Made by a program: the position numbers and the translations under genes. From the NCBI GenBank assembly GCA_036501985.1, contig DASXZI010000020.1, forward strand, positions 11,915-75,914: a DNA stretch of 64,000 bases. Direction: 5' to 3'. Below are positions 8,619-16,658 of the stretch, piece by piece (the stretch's first letter is position 1; the number at the start of each line of letters is the position of its first letter). Source of the stretch: Steroidobacteraceae bacterium (GTDB taxonomy: Bacteria; Pseudomonadota; Gammaproteobacteria; Steroidobacterales; Steroidobacteraceae). The notes under the pieces were generated by a model, which saw only the letters and a program-made list of their open reading frames with translations, searched no databases and had not been told where the DNA came from.

Positions 8619-10388
8619 TCATCTCTTCGCCAGCATCTCGAGAACCGCCGCGCGCGCGGCGGCCGCGTGCACGGGCAGCACCAGCACGTCTCCCGGCCGT
8701 GCCCAGTCCAGCGCGCAGCGAGCGGCCTCGGCCTCCGTACCGCACATCGGCAGGGTCGATTCGGTCAGCCCCGCCTTCAACAGCGTCGCCCGAATCAGCC
8801 GGGGCACCTCGCCCGGCTGCCGGCCACGCAGATGACTCTCATTCTCCTTGATGACGATGATGGCCGGCCGGAATTCAGCGGCCACGCGGGCGAGCTGCTC
8901 GATCTGCGCATCGCGTCGATTACCGGCGTGACCCAGCACGAGGCCGAGACGCCCTCGCCCGCCGCGCAAATGTTCGGCGACGCTGAGCAGGCCGCGCAGG
9001 CCGGCGGCGTTGTGCGCGTAATCGAGCAGCACCTGCACGCCGCCGACCTCGAACCGCATCATGCGGCCCATGTTGTCCGTGGGATCTGCCCCGAAGCGCG
9101 CGAAGACTTTCGCGATGGTGGCGGGAGGGATTCCCAGGGCCACGGCCGCCAGGGCGGCTCCCGCCAGATTCGCGATGTTGTAGGGCGCGCTCGCCTGCAC
9201 GGTGAGTGGCATTGCGTCAACCGAGCCGATGTCATGGTCGGCGCCAGCATGAACGATGCGAAGTCTTCCCGCGTGCACGCCGCAGGTCGAGCCACCGCGA
9301 GCACGGTGCTCGCGTAGCGTGGAGCTGTCCGCATCCAGCGCGAACCACCCTAGAGGCGCAGTGCGCCCAAAGCGCCGGTCAAGAAAGGCCGCCTGGTCCC
9401 GAAGAACCGGATCGTCCGCATTCAGCACCAGCAGTCCCGCCTCTGCCACTACCGCGGCCACGGATAGCTTCACCTCCGCGAGCCCGCTCAGATCGTCAAT
9501 GCCGTACTCGCCGAAGTGATCGGAGCTGATGTTCGTAACGAGCGCCACGTCGGCTCGGGACACCGCGATGCCCCGGCGGAGGATGCCGCCGCGGGCCGTT
9601 TCCAGAATGGCTGCCTGCGCGCGTGGCTCACGGATGACGAGCCTCGCGCCGGCGGGGCCGGAGTAGTCTCCCGTCGCGATGAGCTCCGTATCAGCAAACA
9701 CGCCGTCGGTGCAGCAGTAGGCAGGGAGCCGCCCGTGCGCGCGGGCGCAGGCCGCAAGCAATCGGACCGTCGTGGTCTTTCCGTTCGACCCGGTGACGAT
9801 CGCGGTGGGAATGTTCTTTACCGCATTCCACACGACGGTCGTGGCCTCGGGGAGATCCGCGAGATCGAAGTCCCGATGACCCATCCCCGCGCCGAGCGTG
9901 AGGACGCTGTCGTCCATCGATTGCTGTAAGCCCCGTGCCCTTGCCGACCGCAGGAGAGTGCGCAGTCGGGGATTGAGCTCCTGAGCCGCCAGACGCTCGA
10001 AGCGCGCGAGCGCCGCGGTCTCATCCAGCACTGGAGGCATCAGGGAGGCTGGCTCCGCGGCATTTTCCAATGCCTCGGCGACAAGCGCATCCTGCAGCCC
10101 GCTCCACTCTTCGGGACTGCGCCCGAACAGTGCGGAGCAAAGCGCCCATTCGTTGATCTCGGTCGCCACGTAGAGCTGATCGACCGGTGCTGCCAGTGCC
10201 AGAGAGGCGCCTGAGGAGTGAGTGCGTGCTACGACCTCGCGAAGTGCGCGCGTACGCGTATCCGACCCGGCACCCGATCCCGACTCCGATTCGGTGACCC
10301 AGCCCAGTCGCGCCCGCGCCCGCTCGACGCGCGAGCTCCAGTCGGCCAGCAGCGCCTCATCGATCGCAATACCGTGCACTTCGAGCAC
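8619..10388 (-). CDS. CphA-like protein with only the Mur-ligase-like M domain (truncated cyanophycin synthetase paralog)
   Basis: P-loop VTGSNGKTTTVRLL, then DGVFAD..GDYSGPAGARLV..ILETARGGILRRG and NISSDHFG. These run parallel to the M domain of the adjacent CphA (ITGTNGKTTTARML, LETARGGLLRAG, QSDHLG). No ATP-grasp segment. GTG start. Confidence 0.8.
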   Translation of the reverse strand: MLEVHGIAIDEALLADWSSRVERARARLGWVTESESGSGAGSDTRTRALREVVARTHSSGASLALAAPVDQLYVATEINEWALCSALFGRSPEEWSGLQDALVAEALENAAEPASLMPPVLDETAALARFERLAAQELNPRLRTLLRSARARGLQQSMDDSVLTLGAGMGHRDFDLADLPEATTVVWNAVKNIPTAIVTGSNGKTTTVRLLAACARAHGRLPAYCCTDGVFADTELIATGDYSGPAGARLVIREPRAQAAILETARGGILRRGIAVSRADVALVTNISSDHFGEYGIDDLSGLAEVKLSVAAVVAEAGLLVLNADDPVLRDQAAFLDRRFGRTAPLGWFALDADSSTLREHRARGGSTCGVHAGRLRIVHAGADHDIGSVDAMPLTVQASAPYNIANLAGAALAAVALGIPPATIAKVFARFGADPTDNMGRMMRFEVGGVQVLLDYAHNAAGLRGLLSVAEHLRGGRGRLGLVLGHAGNRRDAQIEQLARVAAEFRPAIIVIKENESHLRGRQPGEVPRLIRATLLKAGLTESTLPMCGTEAEAARCALDWARPGDVLVLPVHAAAARAAVLEMLAKR

Positions 10389-10465
10389 TGCACCGGTGGT
10401 TGGAAAGAACAGGTTGGCACCGGTGAGACGCCGCGACAGCTCGAAAGGCAGTGCCGGACGGCCGT

Positions 10466-13417
10466 TCAGTCTTCGGCCTCCGGAGCGACCCGCACGCCCC
10501 GCTCATCGCGAATCAGGCCTTCGAGGCTGAATTCAGACGTGGCGGGCTCGCTGGAGAGCGCACTCGGCGCCTTGGAGCTTGGCGCGCGCGACTGAGCCTG
10601 CCCGTTCCCATCCGATTCGGTGCGCGCGGCGTTAAAGGACGGTGGTCCGCCCGTCGATGCAGCGAATTGCGCCGCTGCGTATGCGGTGCCCGTCACAGGT
10701 GCCGCTGCGTATGCGGTGCCCATCGCGGGCGTTGCTGCCTGTGCTGTGCCCGTCACCGACGCGCCCGCCCCTGCAGGCTTGAACTTCGTGATCTGCTTCC
10801 ACGAGCGCACCAGGGCATCGGCGAATATCAGCAGCAGGTCCCCCGGCTGGCCCATGCGCAGTGCCGCTTCGATCGCCTCCTGCTCATCGGGGATGATCGA
10901 GATCGCCGCCTCGGAAATGCCGGCGGCGCGCAGCGCCGTTGCCTGGATACGCGGGACCTCATCGGATGCACGCTCGCGAAGGCTGTCATCACGGCGACAG
11001 ATGTAGTGATCGAATCGGCCGGCGACCGCCTGGGCGATCGCCACCAGATCCTCATCGCGGCGGTCTCCCGGACCGGCCATCACCACGATCCGTCGTCCGG
11101 TCACATCCAGGCGCTGCGCCAGATCGGCCATGACCCCGACGGCGTGCGCATTGTGCCCGTAGTCGAAAAGGACTTTGAACGGGTGCTCGTTGAAGACATT
11201 CATCCGGCCCGGCGCCTGGAAGAAGGTCGAGTCGAACGTGCGCAGGCCCTGCCGGATCGCATCCAGCTTGATGCCGAGCGAGAACGCCATGGCGGCCGCA
11301 AACATGGCGTTCTGCACGTTGTGGGTGGCCCGGCCCTCCAGCGTCGCCGGTATCAAATGCGTCCACAGCAGTGGAATGTGCCCGCCGCGGTCGTAGAGCG
11401 TGATCATCTGGCCATTGACGCCGGCCTCGAGCGCGCAGGCGCGGCCGCCGGCCCGAATGTGCTCCCGGACCAGAATGTGCTGCGGATTCATCGTGACGTA
11501 GCAAATGCTCTTTGCCTCGGTGTGCCCGGACATCTTCAGCACGAGCGGATCGTCCGCATTGAGCACAGCGCAATCGGTGGCGACTTCCACGACCACGCGC
11601 TTGACCTCCGCGAGCTGCTCCAGCGTCTCGATGCCTTTGAGTCCAAGATGATCGGATTGCACGTTCAGAACGGCTCCGACGTTGACCTCCCGGACGCCCA
11701 TGCCGGCGCGCAGGAGTCCTCCTCGCGCGGTTTCCAGCACGGCCACGTCGATCTGGGGATCGGCGAGCACCATGCGCGCGGAGACCGGACCCGTCATGTC
11801 ACCCTGGACTGTCCGCTGACCATCGATGTACACGCCATCGGTGGTGGTCAAGCCCGGTGAGTAGCCCGCCATCTTGGTGATATGCGCGAGCATGCGCGCC
11901 GTGGTCGTCTTGCCGTTGGTTCCCGTGATCGCGGCAATCGGGACGCGAGAGGGCGCTCCGGGTGGAAACAACATGTCGATGACCGGACCGGCCACATCCC
12001 GGGGAGGGCCTTCGCTGGGCGCCACGTGCATGCGAAAGCCGGGGGCAGCATTGACCTCGCAGATGCCCCCGCCGATCTTGCGGTAGCTCTCCGTGATGTC
12101 CTTGGAGAGGAAATCCACCCCGCCGATATCGAGGCCGATCGCGCGGACAGCCCGCTCGGCCATCTCACGGTTGTCCGGATGGATGATGTCGGTCACATCC
12201 GTCGCAGTGCCGCCGGTGGACAGGTTGGCGGTCGAGCGCAGAGCCACGACCTGACCCGCGGGCGGCACGGACTCAGCCTGGAGGCCGGCCCGCTCCAGCA
12301 TTGTCTGCGCTTGCGCATCCAGCTCCAGCCGCGTCAGCACCTTTTCATGCCCCACGCCGCGGCGCGGATCCCGGTTCACGATATCGATCAGCTGCGCGAT
12401 GGTGTGCTCGCCGTCGCCGACGACATGTCCGGGTGTCCGGCGGGTCGCGGCCACCAGCTCGCCGTGCACGACGAGCAGGCGGTGGTCGTCTCCCTCCATG
12501 AACGTCTCGACGATGACAGACCGGGAATGCTCGCGGGCAACCGTGAATCCGTGCGCCACCTCCTCGTCGGTCGTGAGCCGGATGGAGATTCCCCGGCCGT
12601 GGTTGCCGTTGTAAGGCTTCGTCACGACCGGATAGCCCATGCGCTGGGCCGCACGCACCGCCTGGGCTTCGCTCTGCACGAGCTCCTGCTTGGGCACGGG
12701 CAGCCCGAGCGTGGCCAGGATCTTGTTGGTTTCTTCCTTGTCGCTGGCGAGCTCGACCGCGATGTGCGGCGTGCGGCCGGTGACCGTGGCCTGGATCCGC
12801 TGCTGGTACTTGCCGTGGCCGAGTTGGATCAGGGACTGCTCGTTCAGGCGCAGCCAGGGAATGCCGCGATCCTCCGCCGCGTGCACCAGAGAGGCCGTGG
12901 AGGGGCCGAGCGCGCGCCGCTGCGCAAAGCGAATGAACTCGTCGCGTGCCTCGGCCCAGCTCCACCCTGCGGGGATGCTGTCGGCCGGGCGGATCGACTC
13001 CGGCAGCAGCGAGCACAGCAATCGCAAGCCGAGCTCGCCCGCGGCGATGCCTTCATCCCGTTGCTCGTACTCGTAGATGACCGTGTAGACCCCGGGCGCG
13101 CCGGCGCTGCGAGTCTTGCCGAAGGTGACTTGCTCTCCCGCGATGTTCTGCAACTCGATGGCCACGTGCTCCAGCACGTGCCCGAGCCAGGTCCCCTCGT
13201 CCTCGCGCAGGCGCCTGAGAAAACCACCCGGCTCACCATAGGAGCAGCCGTGCTCGGCGAGACCCGGCAGGGCGGCCACGAGACCGTCCACGAACGTGGC
13301 GCCGAGGCGGCCCGTGGGCCATTGCTCCAGGGGACCGAGATCGAGCTCGAGCCGGATGACCGGGAAGCGCGCATGGAGAGAGGGGCCGACATAGACCGAA
13401 CGATCGAGGATGCGCAT
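10466..13417 (-). CDS. cphA: cyanophycin synthetase (N, ATP-grasp G and Mur-ligase-like M domains) with a C-terminal low-complexity tail
   Basis: 983 aa. ATP-grasp region (PVVTKPYNGNHGRGI, ICEVNAAPGF), M-domain P-loop ITGTNGKTTT, LETARGG, DHLG. It starts 3 nt after the cyanophycinase stop. Confidence 0.9.
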   Translation of the reverse strand: MRILDRSVYVGPSLHARFPVIRLELDLGPLEQWPTGRLGATFVDGLVAALPGLAEHGCSYGEPGGFLRRLREDEGTWLGHVLEHVAIELQNIAGEQVTFGKTRSAGAPGVYTVIYEYEQRDEGIAAGELGLRLLCSLLPESIRPADSIPAGWSWAEARDEFIRFAQRRALGPSTASLVHAAEDRGIPWLRLNEQSLIQLGHGKYQQRIQATVTGRTPHIAVELASDKEETNKILATLGLPVPKQELVQSEAQAVRAAQRMGYPVVTKPYNGNHGRGISIRLTTDEEVAHGFTVAREHSRSVIVETFMEGDDHRLLVVHGELVAATRRTPGHVVGDGEHTIAQLIDIVNRDPRRGVGHEKVLTRLELDAQAQTMLERAGLQAESVPPAGQVVALRSTANLSTGGTATDVTDIIHPDNREMAERAVRAIGLDIGGVDFLSKDITESYRKIGGGICEVNAAPGFRMHVAPSEGPPRDVAGPVIDMLFPPGAPSRVPIAAITGTNGKTTTARMLAHITKMAGYSPGLTTTDGVYIDGQRTVQGDMTGPVSARMVLADPQIDVAVLETARGGLLRAGMGVREVNVGAVLNVQSDHLGLKGIETLEQLAEVKRVVVEVATDCAVLNADDPLVLKMSGHTEAKSICYVTMNPQHILVREHIRAGGRACALEAGVNGQMITLYDRGGHIPLLWTHLIPATLEGRATHNVQNAMFAAAMAFSLGIKLDAIRQGLRTFDSTFFQAPGRMNVFNEHPFKVLFDYGHNAHAVGVMADLAQRLDVTGRRIVVMAGPGDRRDEDLVAIAQAVAGRFDHYICRRDDSLRERASDEVPRIQATALRAAGISEAAISIIPDEQEAIEAALRMGQPGDLLLIFADALVRSWKQITKFKPAGAGASVTGTAQAATPAMGTAYAAAPVTGTAYAAAQFAASTGGPPSFNAARTESDGNGQAQSRAPSSKAPSALSSEPATSEFSLEGLIRDERGVRVAPEAED
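10671..10760. repeat. 3 x 30-bp imperfect tandem repeat inside the cphA 3' end
   Basis: Units are gccgctgcgtatgcggtgcccgtcacaggt, gccgctgcgtatgcggtgcccatcgcgggc and gttgctgcctgtgctgtgcccgtcaccgac. They encode the GTA(Y/Q)AA-type decapeptide repeats. Confidence 0.8.
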
Positions 13418-13420
13418 GGA

Positions 13421-14311
13421 CTACCCCCCTGGGGCTGATGCCGTGCGGGTTTGCAGGTTGAATGTTGCGCCGCGGACGAGAGAGTGCAATCGCAGACCGA
13501 GCATGCAGACGGGCTGTCCGTCAGTCACCTCGTGGATGGAGGAGTAGTTGAGATCGCCGCCATCGACGATCGTGACTCCCCCGCTGCCTTCCACCTCGAG
13601 CACATCGTCAGGGCTGATCAGGGCGGCGGTGTCCTCATCCAGGCCGATACCGACGGCGAATGGGTTGTAGGCGATCGCGGTGAGCAACCGGCCGAGGCGG
13701 TCGCGCTGGCGGAAATGCTGATCGATGATGAAACGGTTGGTCAGCCCCAGCCCCGGGGCGAGGTGAACACTGCCCGCGATGGCGGAAGACCCGTCATCCC
13801 CGTAGGCGATCATGTGCTCGCTGAGGATGCTGGCACCGGCGCTGGTCCCCCCTACGGTGACACCGTTCGCGTTGCGGGCTCGGATCAGCCTCGCAACCGG
13901 GGTGCCCCCCAGCAGGGTCGTGACGCGAAGCTGATTGCCCCCGGTGAAGAAGATCCCGGTCGCCTCCTCCAGGCGGCTCAGCCGACCGCGCTCCTGACAG
14001 TCCCGACGGGTATCGAAATCCATGACGGTCACCCGGGCCGCGCCGATCTGCGTGAAGATCTGCTCGTACCGCGGGCCAGTCTCATGCAGACGGCTGGCGG
14101 TGGGAATGACCACGATGTCCGCCGCCTCTGCCCCCGAGAGCTTCACGAAGCGCTCGAGAATGCGGCGATCGTTTTCCTTGTTTTCCGCGCCCCCGATCGG
14201 AATGATCCAGCCGCGCCGTGCCCCGTCCGGAACTCTGCTAGGCATCCTGAGTCGTGCTCCTCGTATTGTGAAGATCTCTTCGATCGCCTCCGCGTCTGCC
14301 GCCCCGCCCAA
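13421..14311 (-). CDS. cphB: cyanophycinase (peptidase S51)
   Basis: IPIGGAENK, Ser-nucleophile context GGTSAGASI, IIDQHFRQRDRLGRL. No signal peptide. Alternative start at ATG 14245. Confidence 0.85.
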   Translation of the reverse strand: MGGAADAEAIEEIFTIRGARLRMPSRVPDGARRGWIIPIGGAENKENDRRILERFVKLSGAEAADIVVIPTASRLHETGPRYEQIFTQIGAARVTVMDFDTRRDCQERGRLSRLEEATGIFFTGGNQLRVTTLLGGTPVARLIRARNANGVTVGGTSAGASILSEHMIAYGDDGSSAIAGSVHLAPGLGLTNRFIIDQHFRQRDRLGRLLTAIAYNPFAVGIGLDEDTAALISPDDVLEVEGSGGVTIVDGGDLNYSSIHEVTDGQPVCMLGLRLHSLVRGATFNLQTRTASAPGG

Positions 14312-14445
14312 GGCGGCCGTAGCACCAATAATGACTGGCCGCGCGCCGCCTGTCGCGCCCGACGTTCCCGGCCTCCCGTTTACGCTCGCGGGCGACCGGA
14401 GGCGCGTGCCATCATAGGGGTTCGCATTCCCTCACCAGGTGATCT

Positions 14446-15045
14446 ATGAGAAAGCGGCTTCTTGGTTGTGTGCTCGCGAGCCTGATTACACTGCCGGCGC
14501 TGGCCGCCCTGAAGGAGGGGGATAAGGCCCCCGAATTCAAAGCCCAGGCCTCCTTTGCCGGCAAGGCGTTCGATTATTCCCTGAAGGATGCCCTGAAGAA
14601 GGGGCCGGTGGTGGTCTACTTCTATCCGTCCGCGTATACGGGCGGATGCAACATCCAGGCGCATACCTTCGCGGTCAACAGTGATAAGTTCAAAGCGGCA
14701 GGCGCGAGCATCATCGGGGTCTCCCTCGACAGCATCCAGCGCCTGAACGACTTCTCGGCGGACCCTAACTACTGCGCCGGCAAATTCCCGACGGCCTCGG
14801 ACGCCGGCGGCAAGATTGCCAAGTCCTTCGACTTGAAGGTCATGGAAGGCAAGGCGGGACAGAAGGACACCCGCGGCATCGAGATCGGCCATGGCTTCGC
14901 CGAGCGCACCACGTTCATCGTGCAGCCGGACGGCAAGATCGCGGCGACGATTGGCGGCATGGCTCCGGCGGAGAACGTCGACAAGGCGCTGGCGGCCGTG
15001 CATCAGCTGGCCGAAGAGAAGGGCGGCAAGCGCGCGGGCGGCTGA
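14446..15045 (+). CDS. peroxiredoxin (AhpC/TSA-Bcp-like) with signal peptide
   Basis: Leader LASLITLPALAA. Peroxidatic Cys context YFYPSAYTGGCNIQAHTF. Confidence 0.8.
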   Translation: MRKRLLGCVLASLITLPALAALKEGDKAPEFKAQASFAGKAFDYSLKDALKKGPVVVYFYPSAYTGGCNIQAHTFAVNSDKFKAAGASIIGVSLDSIQRLNDFSADPNYCAGKFPTASDAGGKIAKSFDLKVMEGKAGQKDTRGIEIGHGFAERTTFIVQPDGKIAATIGGMAPAENVDKALAAVHQLAEEKGGKRAGG

Positions 15046-15181
15046 GATTCGAGCGACCCTCCGGGACCTCTCCTCGCGGGGTGTCCCGGCGGTGCGTTCG
15101 TGCTGCCGCCGGATGAGTCCAGCCGCAGCCGGGAAATCACGGCGTACGCAGGGGCCGGCCGCCGCCCTCCCGGGGCGGTGG

Positions 15182-16568
15182 TCACTCCTTCTGCGAGAGC
15201 GCCTGGTAGAGCATCTCGCCCCCGATGACCGTCATGGCGACGTGAGCTCTGAGGATCTGCGGCTCGGGGATCCTCATCAGGTCGTCTGAGAATACGGTCA
15301 GGTCCGTCATCTTCCCCACCTCGATGCTGCCGCGCTCCTTCTCCTGGAACGCCGCGTAGGCCCATACGCGCGAAACGCGGGATGTCGGCGGGGTTGAGGA
15401 TCTGCGCGTGCTCGATTCGCCAGCGCGGCTGCGCCACGGCGCGCTGCGCGGCGGGCACCGTCGCGAAGGCCTGCTCGTACAGGTCGAGCATGATGCGATT
15501 GCCGCGATCGCCGATGGCGTGCGTCTCGACCTGGAGGCCCCGCTTCAGGGCGGCGATCAGGATCGGCTCCAGCCGGGCTGGGTCGTTCACCAGCAGTCCC
15601 TTGCTGTCCGGGGCATCGGTATAGGGCTCGAGGAGTGCGGCACCGCGCGAACCCAGCGCGCCGTCGATATACAGCTTGATGCCCCGCACCGTGATGCGCC
15701 CGCCACAACCATCGAGGGTCGGCCCTTCGGACAACAGCCGCCGCGCATCCTCGCTGGGTCCGTAGATGGCGTCGTACAGGCGCAGTTGAATCAGACGGCG
15801 CGCATAGAGCTGGCAGATCAGATCGACCTCGTGAAAGGAATTGCCGGCGATCTGCAGCTGCGTCCAGCCGAGGCGCACGCTGCGCTCGGCGCCCGCCTGC
15901 AGCGCCCTGGAGATCTCCCCGTCGGTGGGCGCTGGGACCAGGCGCGTAACCCGCTCCATGGCGTTGTCGATGAGCATCCCGTTCGGCTCACCACCGTCAT
16001 CCTTGAGTATTCGGCCGCCCGGAGGATCCGGCGTGTTGCGATCGATGCCGGCCCGCTCCAGGGCGATGCTGTTGGCCACGAGCGCGTGCCCGTCGGCCCG
16101 CTCGAGCACGACTGGATGATCATTCACCACCTGATCCAGGTCCGAGCGGGTGGGAAAGGCGGGCGGCGTCCAGCGCGACTCGATCCAGCCGCCGCCGGTG
16201 ATCCAGGCGCCGCCCTTGATGTCGCGGGCGTGATCGCGCAAGCGCCTCTTGAGCTCAGCGAGGCTGCGCGTGCCTTCCAGGTTGAAGCTCAGCTCGCGCA
16301 GGCCGATATCCAGCAAGTGGGCGTGGGAGTCGGTGAGACCGGGGAAAACGGTCAATCCGTGGAGGTCGATCGTCCGGGCGTCCTTCGGGGCGCGCTGCCT
16401 GGCGCCCGTGTTGCTACCCACATAGGTGATGTGCCCTGCCTCGGACACGATCGCCTGGGCGCGCGAATTGTGCTCATCGGCGGTATAGACATTACCATTG
16501 ATGAACAGCGCCGCCTGAGCGAGGGCCACTGCGGGCAGCAGCGCCAGGACAATGAGTAGCGGTCTCAC
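15182..16568 (-). pseudogene. amidohydrolase-3 family hydrolase with an internal deletion and frameshift
   Basis: The N-terminal 403 codons are good (FINGNVYTA, PGLTDSHAHLL, RIEHAQIL..DIPRFARMG). After about 15365 the frame becomes Arg/Gly junk. The +1 frame reads the family C-terminus WAYAAFQEKERGSIEVGKMTDLTVFSDDL...TVIGGEMLY and stops at 15182-15184. Confidence 0.65.
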
Positions 16569-16658
16569 TTGTCGATTCTCCGTGGCGGCCGATGTCGAAG
16601 TTTACCTGCTCCGGCGACTGGGTCCCGCGCAGGCGCTTCCGGTATGCTCAGACCCGTT

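Noticed and set aside
15003-15181. The 3' tail of ORF 15003..16568, which overlaps the peroxiredoxin gene.
   Set aside because: It is out-of-frame read-through after the deletion/frameshift at about 15365. The authentic C-terminus is in another frame and stops at 15182.
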